Assembly: GCA_963815195.1 (NCBI GenBank) | Contig: CAWFGE010000009.1 | Span: 32,001 to 96,000 of the forward strand | Length of the DNA stretch: 64,000 nt | Reading direction: 5' to 3' | Source of the DNA: an uncultured Planctomycetaceae bacterium | GTDB lineage: Bacteria; Planctomycetota; Planctomycetia; Planctomycetales; Planctomycetaceae | Shown: piece after piece, positions 1 through 10,246 of the stretch | Layout of the letters: each line of letters opens with the position of its first letter | How positions within the stretch are numbered: position 1 is the first letter of the stretch | Translations under genes and position numbers: made by a program | Notes under the pieces: generated by a model | Told to the model about the DNA's origin: nothing | Database searches by the model: none | The model's input: the letters and a program-made list of their open reading frames with translations, nothing else

Positions 1-20
1 ACTCCGCAGTGGGATTTTCG

Positions 21-420
21 CTAAAACTTTTCACGCAATCGGCGACCGTCCGTTGCGGGCGTCGACGGCCTCTGCGATCTCTTCCTGAGTAACCCCTCGG
101 TCAGGTCATGCTGGCGTTTCTTGCAAACGTCGATGGTCGAGCCGCTGCCGGCGAAGGGGTCGATGACGATCGAACCCGGCTCCGTGTAGAGATACAGCAG
201 ATTGTCGAGCCAACGGGGTTCCGAGTTGCCGAAGTGGTCTGGCCCCGGAGTTTTCGTCTGTTGTTTCCAGACGTTGTAGATCGGGGGATCGAAATCGGCG
301 TTGTTTGTCGAAAATTTCACCGTGGAAATTTCAGCAAATTCCTTCACCCAATCGGACGGTCTGCCGCGGGGTGTCGATGGCCTCTGCGATCGGCGGCCAC
401 GTGAAAGGCATTTGGCCATC
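21..420 (-). pseudogene. Fragmented phage-type HTH / N4-N6 DNA methyltransferase remnant
   Basis: ORF 21..419 has the SAM-binding motif IVIDPFAGSGSTIDVC. HTH-like segments (IAEAIDTPRQTV.DW and TQEEIAEAVD) lie in adjacent frames on both sides. The rest of the MTase is absent. Confidence 0.6.
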
Positions 421-1259
421 GCCAGCCAGGGGCGAGTTCTTTAGCTGGCTGAAGAACCGCCAAAATCTCGCGATAATGCTCTCATCGAGGAGACCGGCTA
501 AAACAGCAGCTTTCGCCGATGCGACTTCGCTTAAGCAAACGCGGAGATTCACGAGGGCGGGGCTGCTTCCAAGTCACCCGACCAATTCACTTTGGGACCA
601 GCCGTCCTCTTATGCGCGGCGGGGCCAACCTGGGAATCAAATTATTCGCCGGTGCATAAAGTGGCAGGATTTCGTAACATTGGCTCTCATCCGGGATTCC
701 GGCGAATACAGCAGATTTTGCTCATGTGACTTCACTGATGGGAAATTCGACGGCTCAACAGGAATTGGCCAATAGAGCCGCTGTTCGACGTCATCCTCGT
801 CCAAGATTTTAAGCTGCCACGTAAAGGGTGAGAGAATTATTCAAAATCCACCTTTGGTGGGATTTGAACCATTCAGTCCGACGCGAATCTTTATCACAAC
901 GCCCATTTGGAAAGACCATTCCAATACGCCGGCCCGGAGATATAACACGTGTTATAAACTTGGACGGCGATTCTCCATGTCCCCAATTGGCGAGGTCATC
1001 AATGGCAGATTTTACCATGCCGATGCCAGCACGACGAAGCAATCTCCGCCAGAACCGCTCGGTAAAGTCGACAGGCGCGTTGGTCAAAGTATTAGACGGA
1101 CGACAGCAGTCTGCCGCGGAATCGGCGAAGCAACGATTTTATAAGACGTCTAATAAAAACGTACTGATGGACCATCGATAGGAGATTCAGCGACTGCAGG
1201 TCCCCAACGCACCGATACCACTCAAAGAGGCCTCCGTTCGCTGGAAATCATGGCCATCG

Positions 1260-1289
1260 CCCCATTTACCACTCGAGTGGTAAATGGGG
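1260..1289. promoter_or_regulatory. Perfect 30-bp palindrome ccccatttaccactcgagtggtaaatgggg
   Basis: Sequence equals its own reverse complement; apparently intergenic; function unknown. Confidence 0.4.
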
Positions 1290-1711
1290 ATCGCGGGATC
1301 TTGAACATCTGAAGGCGGTTTTTCGACGGATGATCTGCAGAAACACGAAATGGCCTGTGGCGCTCGACGTCAAAGATTTGCGATACTAGATGGCTCGGGA
1401 GTTTCGGCGGCTCGCCAGACGTTTCGCGCCGTTACTACATGTCTAGTAAAATCGGATCCTCTGCTTCTCTCGCCTCCCAGGCTCGCATCTTGAATTTGAA
1501 CTATGCGGCGCCGACCTCTGAGCGAGCCTTTGAACAGAAATGGACCAATTATGCGATGTCGCATAATCCCAGTGTCTCGATTGGACTTCTAGAGAATTCG
1601 ACACCTTCAGTCCTGCGACGGCGACTCATTTTTTGAACCGATGAGATTCGAACACCGGAATACGGATCGGAAAGGATTTCAAAGCCCAAGCCACTGATTT
1701 AGCCGCCACCA

Positions 1712-2592
1712 TCAATGAAAGCCATTAATGCGAGATTTTGGGCCTTCTTCATTCAATAGCTTTTGAGCTGCAACGGAAGTTGGGGACTCCAAAACGTCTT
1801 CGGTGGTTCCGAGTTCGACGATTTGTCCCCGATCGACGACCGCAATGCGGTCGGCCAATTGCCGGGCTAAGGCCAGGTCGTGAGTGACGAACACATAGCC
1901 CAGCTTATGGTCTTCCTGCGCAAGCCCAAAAGCAGATTGGCAATGGAAGCCTGAACCGAAACATCCAAGGCGCTCGTCGGCTCATCCAGAAACACCAGCC
2001 TCGGACTGCGCGACCAAAGCGCGGGCGATGGCGACGCGTTGCCTTTGACCGCCGGAGAGATGCAGTGGCGAGCGGAGAGCCTGCTCCGAGTCGATGCCCA
2101 CGTTCCGCAGTGCATCGAGTGCCATCTCCCGGCGGGCGCGGCAAAGCGCCGGACCGGCGGCATGACACCAAGCCGCGATCCGGTCCAAGAAGTGTCGGGG
2201 TTCATCTTCCGCTTTCGGCAGATCGTAGATGCGCAGCGGATCGGTGACGATATCCAGGACGGTCCGGCGATCGTTCAGCGATTCACGCGGATCCTGCGAG
2301 ACGAACCCGAACTCGCGTCGCCGGCGTCGCCATTCCATTCGTCCACAGGAATAAAGATCCCGCGGCCCATCGGAGGTCATTAACCGAACGTGTCCCTCGC
2401 TCGGAGCCAACAGCCCCGCGAGAATGGCCAGCAGCGTCGATTTCCCGGAACCGCTGGTGCCGCAGAGCGCCAGGATCTCCGCGGCCCGAACGTCCAGATG
2501 ATCTACTACCAATTGAAACGCCCCGGCCGGCGCAGAGGAGGAATACGAGAACCGCAGGCTCCGCGCTTCGAGCAAGATGTGATTTTCCTTAA
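1712..2592 (-). CDS. Peptide/nickel-type ABC transporter ATP-binding protein (OppF/DppF-like), split by indels
   Basis: Walker A GTSGSGKST, signature LSGGQRQRVAIARAL, Walker B VFLDEPTSALD and H-loop FVTHDL are spread over ORFs 1982..2683, 1867..2205 and 1712..1894. Start is approximate. Confidence 0.88.
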
Positions 2593-3551
2593 CGGATCGG
2601 GGCATCGAGGGCATAACAGGCCGCAGAGTGGTTTGGCTGAATTTCATGAAGGACCGGTTCTTGAAGGGCACACCGCTCTTCAAAGTGCGGGCAACGCGGA
2701 TGGTATTTGCAGCCGGCCAGTTCCGTAACCGCGGCCGGCACTTCGCCGGGAATCGGCGTCATGGATCGGTGCGCGTCAATTCGTGGCAGGCAGTCGACCA
2801 GCGCCCGCGTATAGGGATGCTTGGGATCGGTCAGAGCGCGATCGGCGGGGCCGAGTTCGACGATTCGCCCGGCATACATCACGGCCACCCGATCCGCCAC
2901 GGCCGAGACCGCCGTGAGATCGTGCGTCACCAGGCAAACGGCACAACGGGCATCGGCCAGGCGGCGGATCGTCTCCAGCACATCAGCGCGAGTCGGTGGA
3001 TCGAGCGAGGCGGTCGGCTCATCCAAAAGCAGCACGCGGGGCTCATTGACGATCGCTTGAGCAATAAGGACGCGTTGGCATTGGCCCCCCGAAAGCCGGG
3101 CCGGTCGGCGGTCGGCATCCCCTTTGAGGAATTCGTCCGGCAAACCGGCTTTTCGCAGAGCGGCTTCGGTGCGGTCGATGACCGCGCTACCTTGCCGGCG
3201 TGCCCCTTCGAGAACGCTTGCTCGAGCGGTCATCAGGGGATTGAGACCCGATCGCACATCCTGCGGCACGTACCCGATGGCAAGTCCCAGGTAGTCCCGG
3301 CGCCGGCGGTCGTCGAGTTTCAGTAAGTCGACGGGTTGTTCCTCGTGGAGACTGATTGTGCCGTCGACGATATGCAGACCCGTCGGCAACAGGTCCAGAA
3401 TGCTATTGATCAACGTGGTCTTGCCGCTGCCGGTCTCGCCTACCACGCCCAGAATCTCGCCCGAACGCAGTTTCAAATTCACCCCGCAGAGGATTTCCGT
3501 TCGCTGCGGTCCTCGCACGGTCAAATTGCTCACGGTGAGGATGTCGCTCAT
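2589..3551 (-). CDS. Peptide ABC transporter ATP-binding protein (OppD/DppD-like)
   Basis: GETGSGKTT, LSGGQCQR, LLDEPTASLD and the C-terminal HPYT...GCKYHPRCP...C..C domain. Confidence 0.93.
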   Translation of the reverse strand: MSDILTVSNLTVRGPQRTEILCGVNLKLRSGEILGVVGETGSGKTTLINSILDLLPTGLHIVDGTISLHEEQPVDLLKLDDRRRRDYLGLAIGYVPQDVRSGLNPLMTARASVLEGARRQGSAVIDRTEAALRKAGLPDEFLKGDADRRPARLSGGQCQRVLIAQAIVNEPRVLLLDEPTASLDPPTRADVLETIRRLADARCAVCLVTHDLTAVSAVADRVAVMYAGRIVELGPADRALTDPKHPYTRALVDCLPRIDAHRSMTPIPGEVPAAVTELAGCKYHPRCPHFEERCALQEPVLHEIQPNHSAACYALDAPIR

Positions 3552-4413
3552 GGAGAATCCTTTCTCAAAGCGAGGAGACCCATTCCATGAAACAGAACCT
3601 GTGGGATTAGGGCGATCCAGAGAATGGCGGCGATCGTAACCAGCATTTGAAGCCGCGCGGTGTCATCGATGAGGTTGTTAAAACTCTTGGCGAGTGTCCG
3701 TCCCAGGCCGTCGAACTCGCGGTACTCCACTCCGAGATAGGCCAACCCCACTTCCGCCGCCACGAAGCGGGGCAGAACCGACGCCGTGATCCAAGCGATG
3801 TCCTCGACGAGATGCGGCCAGACATCATGGCGAAACGTGTACCCAGCGGAAGTCTCCGCAGGCTCTCGATGCCAGCACAAAGCCGGTTCGGCTGACAGAT
3901 CGGACCCGCTCGGCGATCAGCCGGGCTCCCGAGGGAATGGCAAAGAACACCAGCACGGATACCATGCTGGCGTTGACGAGCGAGGCCGGTGCCGTTCGCG
4001 GCCAAGCGGCGGCGATCGTAATGAGAACGGCCACTTCCGGAACGGCCATCACGCCCAAGTTCCCGGCCGCTATCAGTGACGCCAAAATCCGCGACCGCGT
4101 GAAACCGTGAATCGTTCCCACGATCAATACGCCCACGAGGACCGCAGCCGTTCCCAACAGCGCCGACCTGAGCCGTTGCGCTGATCGCGCAGGCGAGAAC
4201 GGAGACAAACGGCCGGCCGAGATAATCGGTTCCCAGGAAATAACTTTGCTCGCCGGCGGATTCGCTCTTCCACGCAGGCGGCAAAAAACTTCCGGCTTCC
4301 CGCGCGGGCACGCCGGCCACCAGATGCGGCAGGAACACGACCAGCGCGGTCAATCCCAAAGCCAGCCAGGCCGCCGCCCTGGTCCCGGTCTGACGGAAAT
4401 CACGAGTCGCCAT
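3548..4413 (-). CDS. Peptide ABC transporter permease (OppC/DppC-like), split by indels
   Basis: FLGTDYLGR motif, hydrophobic helices and E.GLAYLG motif across ORFs 3607..4560, 3825..4208 and 3548..3880. Confidence 0.85.
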
Positions 4414-5302
4414 GGGCGAGTTCTCCGTCCGGGTCGAGGTAGATGCTGACGGCTTCGGCCAAAAGCACTCCCGACGACAGCACGAGAAAATAAAGCAGCG
4501 TCGCGAAACCGGCGAGTTCGGCATGGCCCCGGGTGACCGCTTCGATGAACGCCTCGGCAATGCCTCCGAGGCGAAACACGCCCTCTACAAATACCGAGCC
4601 CACGACCAATCCGGCCAGACTGAACACCGCCTGCGTCAGCACGCCGGACGAGACGATCACGTTCGGCAGAACGTGCCGGCGCCAGACGGCCAACGGAGCG
4701 ATCCCCCGCGCACGGGCCACGCGGATGTATTCCTGCCTCAAAATGCGTTCGATCCCGTTGAGCCAAAGGGCGGTCGTGCCCGGCAGCATCAGTACAACGA
4801 GACTGGCGATCCCCACCCCGGTTCGCAAAACGCGGCCGGGATGCGGATTGAACTCGATAAGCACAAGATAAAACATAATCACCACCACCAGGGCGGGTAC
4901 CGCATGGGTGATCGGGTAGATGCGTTCCTGATGAAACACCGCCCAATCCCGCCAGATGGTCGCGAGCGAAATGGCGAGCACCAGCCCCAGTCCCCAACCG
5001 AGCGTCCAGCTCAAGAGCCCGATCGTCCCCGTCACCGGCAGCCGATTGACGATAATGCTCTTCACCGGGCCGGTGTGCGAGTGGCCGAAGTCGGTCAGTG
5101 CCGACCCGATCACCGTTTTGACCCAGCGGCCGTAGCGCGTGCTGAACGGTTCGGGCGGCGGAGGTTTGATGCCGCTCATCCGCAGGCGATCGTCCGCGCG
5201 TTCATCCGTCCGGCTGACGATATAAAACGAGAGCGTGACGGTCGATGCCCCGAACAGCATCAGCACGGTAAAAGTCGCGGCGAAGCGTTTCAGTCCTTTC
5301 AT
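4400..5302 (-). CDS. Peptide ABC transporter permease (OppB/DppB-like)
   Basis: EYIRVARARG...RHVLPN loop, GSVFVEGVF, about 6 TM helices. Confidence 0.92.
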   Translation of the reverse strand: MKGLKRFAATFTVLMLFGASTVTLSFYIVSRTDERADDRLRMSGIKPPPPEPFSTRYGRWVKTVIGSALTDFGHSHTGPVKSIIVNRLPVTGTIGLLSWTLGWGLGLVLAISLATIWRDWAVFHQERIYPITHAVPALVVVIMFYLVLIEFNPHPGRVLRTGVGIASLVVLMLPGTTALWLNGIERILRQEYIRVARARGIAPLAVWRRHVLPNVIVSSGVLTQAVFSLAGLVVGSVFVEGVFRLGGIAEAFIEAVTRGHAELAGFATLLYFLVLSSGVLLAEAVSIYLDPDGELAHGDS

Positions 5303-7131
5303 GGCATCACTGGTCTTCGCTTCCGGCGCGGGACGACCTTGCGGAGCCGGAGGTTCTCGATCACCGTCCGGTCCAATAGGGGGTCATCCGCCCGCCCCGT
5401 GAGAGCCAGGCCGTTGACTTCGTAATCCCGGCGGACGGCGACCAGCCGGCGATCGACCACCAGATGAAACGCCGGCTGCGCTTCGGACCAGGACTTTTGC
5501 AGTTCCAGAAGGGCCCGGTTCCGCTCGGCGGGATCGGGCGAGGTGGCGTAGATGTGAAACTCTTCGTCCACGCGCCGTTCCCATTCCGTCGCGGGCGATT
5601 TTTGATAGGGATTCACGAAGTGCATCGGTCCCGAGCTTTCGAACAAATGCTTGAGCGTCGTAGCATCGGGCGCACCGCCGAGGAGCATCACGGCCGCTTC
5701 GTAATCGTAGGTCTTGTCAAGCCGCGTTACCATGTCGCCGAACCTCTCCTCCACCACTTTGACGCGAATGCCGATCTTTTCGAGCTGCAATTTGATTTCC
5801 TCGGCGGTTTTTCGCCGGCGGTCTTCGTCATCTTTGGACGTGCGGATTTCCAATTCGAGCGGAATCCGCCCCGAGGCTTCCTCGTAAGTCAGCCAGCGTT
5901 TTCCCTCGGCGTCCGGCTCGCCCGGGACAACCCCCAATACGGCTAGCTCCGCAAGAGCGGCTTTGGGATCGAGTTTGGGCGTGACTTCCTCGAGTACCTC
6001 CCGGGGAGCGGCCCAACCGTAAACCGGCGAGACCGGCCCGAACAGCGGATCGGCATAACCATCGAAAACTTTGTGAATGACGGCCCGGCGGTCGATGGCG
6101 TGCGCGAGCGCCCGGCGAAATGCCACATTCTGAAACAACTCCAGTCGTTTCGGATAGGTTTTGCGCCAGGGGACGCGCGGATTCTGGTTCAGCCAAAAGA
6201 ATGTGCACAAGCCGCCCATGCCGCGGTCGAGAATCTGAAAGTCGACATCGTCTTTGAGCCGCCCCGCTTCCATCGGGCCGACCAGCCGGTAGACGTAGCG
6301 ATCATCGTTGAGGAAGTCGAGGGTCGAGGTCACATCCTCGTTCCGCAGGATGAGCGTGATTCGCTTCAAATACGGCCGGGGCTGCTCATCGTCCTCGCGG
6401 CCCCAAAATCCATCGTTGCGGAGAAGCTTGATCTCCTGCGTGTCTTGAGATTCCACAAAATACGGCCCGAAGCCTTTGAGATACTTGAGTTCCGGCTGCT
6501 GAACGCCCACGGCCCGGCGAAAGGATTCGGGATCTCCCGACACAGGCTCGAAAACCTTGCGCGGGGCAATCGTTACTCCGGAGACCGCCCAATCGAACGA
6601 ATGGAACGGCTGCGGCAGATCGAATCGAACCGTTTGCGAATCGGTTGCGGAGACTTTCATGGGTTTGCCATCCAAAACCAGATTGCCCCGCTGTTTGCAA
6701 TCGAGCCGCGTGTCGAGACAGAGATTGAACGAAAACACCACATCATCGGCAGACAGCTTGATGCCGTCGGGAGTTGCGGCGTCACGGAGGTGAAACGTCC
6801 ACACAAGCCCGTCCGAAGACACCTCGTGAGTCTTGGCCAACCCCGGCACGAGGCGGTCCTTGACGGGATCGTAATGCAAGAGCCGGTCGTGAATCAGCCC
6901 GAGCAACAGCCCTTCGTATGACTTGTTGCTTTCCACGAAGTTATAGCTGCTGGGTACAGTATACATCCTGTGCATATGGCCCAGATCGCGCCATTCCCGT
7001 TCGCCGTCGGTCGACGCACTGGAGATCCATCGCCCCAGAACCACGCCCGCCGCGAGGCCAATCAAGCCCACAAAAATCACGCGGCCGATGCGGGGTGGAT
7101 TTGAACCCTCTTCATGAACCATTTCTGACAT
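5299..7131 (-). CDS. ABC transporter substrate-binding protein, family 5 (OppA/DppA-like), N-terminal membrane anchor
   Basis: PGLAK..EVSSDGLVWTFHLR, ADDVVFSF, FRRALAHAIDR motifs. Confidence 0.92.
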   Translation of the reverse strand: MSEMVHEEGSNPPRIGRVIFVGLIGLAAGVVLGRWISSASTDGEREWRDLGHMHRMYTVPSSYNFVESNKSYEGLLLGLIHDRLLHYDPVKDRLVPGLAKTHEVSSDGLVWTFHLRDAATPDGIKLSADDVVFSFNLCLDTRLDCKQRGNLVLDGKPMKVSATDSQTVRFDLPQPFHSFDWAVSGVTIAPRKVFEPVSGDPESFRRAVGVQQPELKYLKGFGPYFVESQDTQEIKLLRNDGFWGREDDEQPRPYLKRITLILRNEDVTSTLDFLNDDRYVYRLVGPMEAGRLKDDVDFQILDRGMGGLCTFFWLNQNPRVPWRKTYPKRLELFQNVAFRRALAHAIDRRAVIHKVFDGYADPLFGPVSPVYGWAAPREVLEEVTPKLDPKAALAELAVLGVVPGEPDAEGKRWLTYEEASGRIPLELEIRTSKDDEDRRRKTAEEIKLQLEKIGIRVKVVEERFGDMVTRLDKTYDYEAAVMLLGGAPDATTLKHLFESSGPMHFVNPYQKSPATEWERRVDEEFHIYATSPDPAERNRALLELQKSWSEAQPAFHLVVDRRLVAVRRDYEVNGLALTGRADDPLLDRTVIENLRLRKVVPRRKRRPVMP

Positions 7132-7182
7132 CTCCAGACCACACAGATTTGATCAATGCCCACGGAAGGCAGGTCGCGAGCT

Positions 7183-8145
7183 TCATCCGAGTTCAACCGG
7201 AAAGCGACGCACATGCCCCGTCACCCGGTCGAGCACGATGGCGGCTCCCGTGGAATCCGCCGCAACATCCAACCCGCCGGTGACGCAGCCCGCGGCGTGG
7301 TCGGCCGCGGAGACTCGGGCGTTGATTTCAAACGACTCCGGCCCTGCTAAGAGCTTTTGAAATTCGCCGCGCTGGTCATACAGCTTGACCCGCGGACGGC
7401 CGCGTTCTGCCGTGAGGTAATTCCCATCCGGCAATTGCACAAAGCTCACCGGGTTACAGCATCCGCCGAAGCCTTCAACCGTCCGCGAACGCCGGCCCCA
7501 CGCCTCGACGAATTGCCCATCCGGCTGATAGGTTTCAATGCGATGGCGAGACGCATTCGCGACGTGGAGCGCTCCGTTCGCGCCCAAGTTGATGGAGAAG
7601 AATTCCGCCGGGGCCTGGAAGCCGTTTTTCCCTTCAATCGTGCCTTGGACCTTCCCCTCGTTATCCAACTTCCAAATCCAGCGGCGGCCGGCATCGGCGA
7701 CGAACAACGTCCGCTCGGAGACGGCGATTCCGGACAGGACCGTTTTCCGCGAGAACGGTTGCCAACTTGCAATTTGCCGGCCTGCGGGATCGAACAATTG
7801 CAGATAATCGACCAACCCCACGTACAATTGTCCCTGCGCATTCACGGCCAGACAGCGCGCGGGACGCGAAAGAGGAATCGCCTGTTGTTTTTGGCCGCGG
7901 GCATCGAAGACAAGAATCTGCTTGTCGGCTGCGACGTAAATCTGATCTTGGGGACCGACCGCGATGCGACGGGCTCGCTTCGCTCCCGTGGAAAAGACCG
8001 CGGGACGGTCGGCAATGGGTGTCGGCTCCGCAATCGCTTTGGAGCCCGCGTGGAAAACGACCGAGGCCGCGGTTCCCAAGAGGGCCATACCTTGCGCGGA
8101 CTGACGCAGAAATTCCCGGCGGGGTTGCTTGGGAGAATAAGTCAT
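7183..8145 (-). CDS. Tat-exported NHL-repeat beta-propeller protein with GCCNP motif
   Basis: RREFL twin-arginine signal; NHL-like repeats (LFVADAG, RHRIETY); GFGGCCNP. Confidence 0.8.
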   Translation of the reverse strand: MTYSPKQPRREFLRQSAQGMALLGTAASVVFHAGSKAIAEPTPIADRPAVFSTGAKRARRIAVGPQDQIYVAADKQILVFDARGQKQQAIPLSRPARCLAVNAQGQLYVGLVDYLQLFDPAGRQIASWQPFSRKTVLSGIAVSERTLFVADAGRRWIWKLDNEGKVQGTIEGKNGFQAPAEFFSINLGANGALHVANASRHRIETYQPDGQFVEAWGRRSRTVEGFGGCCNPVSFVQLPDGNYLTAERGRPRVKLYDQRGEFQKLLAGPESFEINARVSAADHAAGCVTGGLDVAADSTGAAIVLDRVTGHVRRFPVELG

Positions 8146-8185
8146 GTTGGTGTTCTCCGAAAAGGGACATGGACAGGGGACGTTT

Positions 8186-10246
8186 TTAAGGATTAAGGTT
8201 CCAAGACAGACATTTCACTTCGCGGCTGTCTCGCAAATAGAGCCGGTCTTTCACAATGGCCGGGTGCGACATCGATTCCACGTCGCGGTCTCCAAAGGGA
8301 CGGAGATGGGCCAAGGGCTTGTAGGTGTCGCCATCGACCGGGATCAGAAACAGATCGCCGCTCGTCGTCCAGACGATGATCCGCTTGTTCCCGGCGATGA
8401 GGTTCGTGTGGTCGTAAAAGGCATCGTTTAATTCGCTCCACGCCGTTTTGAGGTTCTGTTTGAGGTCTAAACAAAACAGTTCTCCATAAGCCGAGCAAAA
8501 CACGCGACCGCCCGATACAACGGGACTGCAAGTGTCGGGAGCCAGATCGTGGTTCTCGGCGATAGGGTGGGGATTGAGTTTTCCCGAATTGTCGAACTCG
8601 TAGAGCCGGGTATTGTTGTTCTCGGTGGCCACCAAAAGTTTGCCGTCCAAATTCATGGGCGTGCCCACGTTGAAATCGGAGCGCCGAGGTGGAATCATTT
8701 CCCACATCCGTTCGCCCGTGCGAGGATCCCACCCGCCCAGACCGGCGACATCGTAGCCGACGATCTGCCGAACTCCCGAGAATGTGCCGAGGAGAAATGC
8801 AGAATACGCCGCCGCGTGTCCGGGCGCTTTCCAGACGGTTTTTCCGGTCTTTAAATCCAAGGCGACGAGCGAGGCGTCTTTTCCACCGGGGTTGACGATG
8901 AGTTTGTCGTCCACGACCAAGGGCGGCGAACTCCAGCCCCAATTCGGACGCTCCGCACCGAAATCCGCCGCGAAATGCTTTTCCCACACGGGCTTTCCCG
9001 TCGCCAACTCAATGCAGTGCAAATCCCCCAAGGCCCCCAGCAGATACACGAATCCTTCATGGATCACCGGCGCGGCACGGGGGGCGTTGGTGTATTCGAG
9101 CCTGGCCGCCGCGGGAAATTCCAGCGTCCAAGCTTCTTTTCCGTTCGACGCGTGAAAGCAACGGAAAACATCCCGCGTCAAGTCGGCGTCTTTATCCGGC
9201 ACGACGACAAACCGATCCGTCGCGGCGATTCCCGCCAAAGCCGGCCCGGTGACTTGAGCCGTCCACAGCGTTTTGAGTTTCTTCGGAAACGTATCCGGCA
9301 CGAATTCCGACCGCCCATCGCGACGCGGTCCTCGCCAATCGGTCCAGCCTTGATGCTGCGCGGACATCGCCGCCGTTTTTTGTTCCAACGGTTCAAAGCC
9401 TGTCTTCGATTCCAAGGCCTTCAAGAGATCCGGCTGCTGTTTCACCTTCGGCAGCGCTTGGAGAAATTGCTCTTCTTCGGCCTTTGAAACGTTTTCCGTG
9501 GCAAAGAGTTCAATAAACGGCACGGCGTCGGTCGTGCCGATGATACGCAGTTCCCCTTTGGCGATTTTGCCGCAGCCTTCCAGGAGGGGTGGGAGATAAT
9601 CGGTGATGACGGTGGCATCCGCTTCGCCATCCGAGACGGCAAACACGCCCGCTTCGATGCTGCCGGCCGTTTGTATCGTCACGTCGTTTTGCAGTTTGGC
9701 CTTTTCAAGAGCCTTCCTAGCCGCGGCATGCGATTCGGCATCCGCTTTCGGCCCCAAGACGAGCTTTCGTCCTTTGAGATCCTCCAAAGTGCCAACGGGC
9801 GAATTCTTGCGGACGACAAACGCGCCTTTCACCGTGAAGGCTCCCGAGGTATTCGTCAACCGGGCGATCGCGCGGACGGCCAGCTTTTCCGATTTCGCAT
9901 CGAACTCGACCATCGAACGTTTCCCAATAACAAAATCCAGCGTCGTCTTCGCCCGGCGTTTTCCCAATCCCAGACTTTCCTCGAAGACGACGTTCACCGG
10001 TTGCTCAAGCTCGGTGGATAAAAACATCGCCAGCCGATCGTATCGGCGTTGCCCCAACCCGGGCACGCAGGTGCAGGAAAGCGGTTCCGCGAGCGGGTCC
10101 GTGACCAGTATCGTGAATGTCCGCCGAGGCCCATTCGCCGGAGAATCCTCGGCATCGGCCGATCCCGAAAACGGCCCCCACACCAACAGCGCGAAAGTGA
10201 AGAAGAATCTCCGAAGAGATATGCAGCAGCCGGCTTGCTCGGACAT
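8186..10246 (-). CDS. Fusion of PhnD/SsuA-like substrate-binding domain and PQQ-like (BamB-type) beta-propeller
   Basis: Signal peptide; DPLAEPLSCTCV; SPVGTLEDLKGRKL; then WTDWRGPRRDG and repeated A.D..TGK..W blades. Confidence 0.82.
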   Translation of the reverse strand: MSEQAGCCISLRRFFFTFALLVWGPFSGSADAEDSPANGPRRTFTILVTDPLAEPLSCTCVPGLGQRRYDRLAMFLSTELEQPVNVVFEESLGLGKRRAKTTLDFVIGKRSMVEFDAKSEKLAVRAIARLTNTSGAFTVKGAFVVRKNSPVGTLEDLKGRKLVLGPKADAESHAAARKALEKAKLQNDVTIQTAGSIEAGVFAVSDGEADATVITDYLPPLLEGCGKIAKGELRIIGTTDAVPFIELFATENVSKAEEEQFLQALPKVKQQPDLLKALESKTGFEPLEQKTAAMSAQHQGWTDWRGPRRDGRSEFVPDTFPKKLKTLWTAQVTGPALAGIAATDRFVVVPDKDADLTRDVFRCFHASNGKEAWTLEFPAAARLEYTNAPRAAPVIHEGFVYLLGALGDLHCIELATGKPVWEKHFAADFGAERPNWGWSSPPLVVDDKLIVNPGGKDASLVALDLKTGKTVWKAPGHAAAYSAFLLGTFSGVRQIVGYDVAGLGGWDPRTGERMWEMIPPRRSDFNVGTPMNLDGKLLVATENNNTRLYEFDNSGKLNPHPIAENHDLAPDTCSPVVSGGRVFCSAYGELFCLDLKQNLKTAWSELNDAFYDHTNLIAGNKRIIVWTTSGDLFLIPVDGDTYKPLAHLRPFGDRDVESMSHPAIVKDRLYLRDSREVKCLSWNLNP

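Noticed and set aside
430..1250. Short ORFs between the MTase remnant and the ABC operon
   Set aside because: No recognisable motifs; strand and frame cannot be determined.
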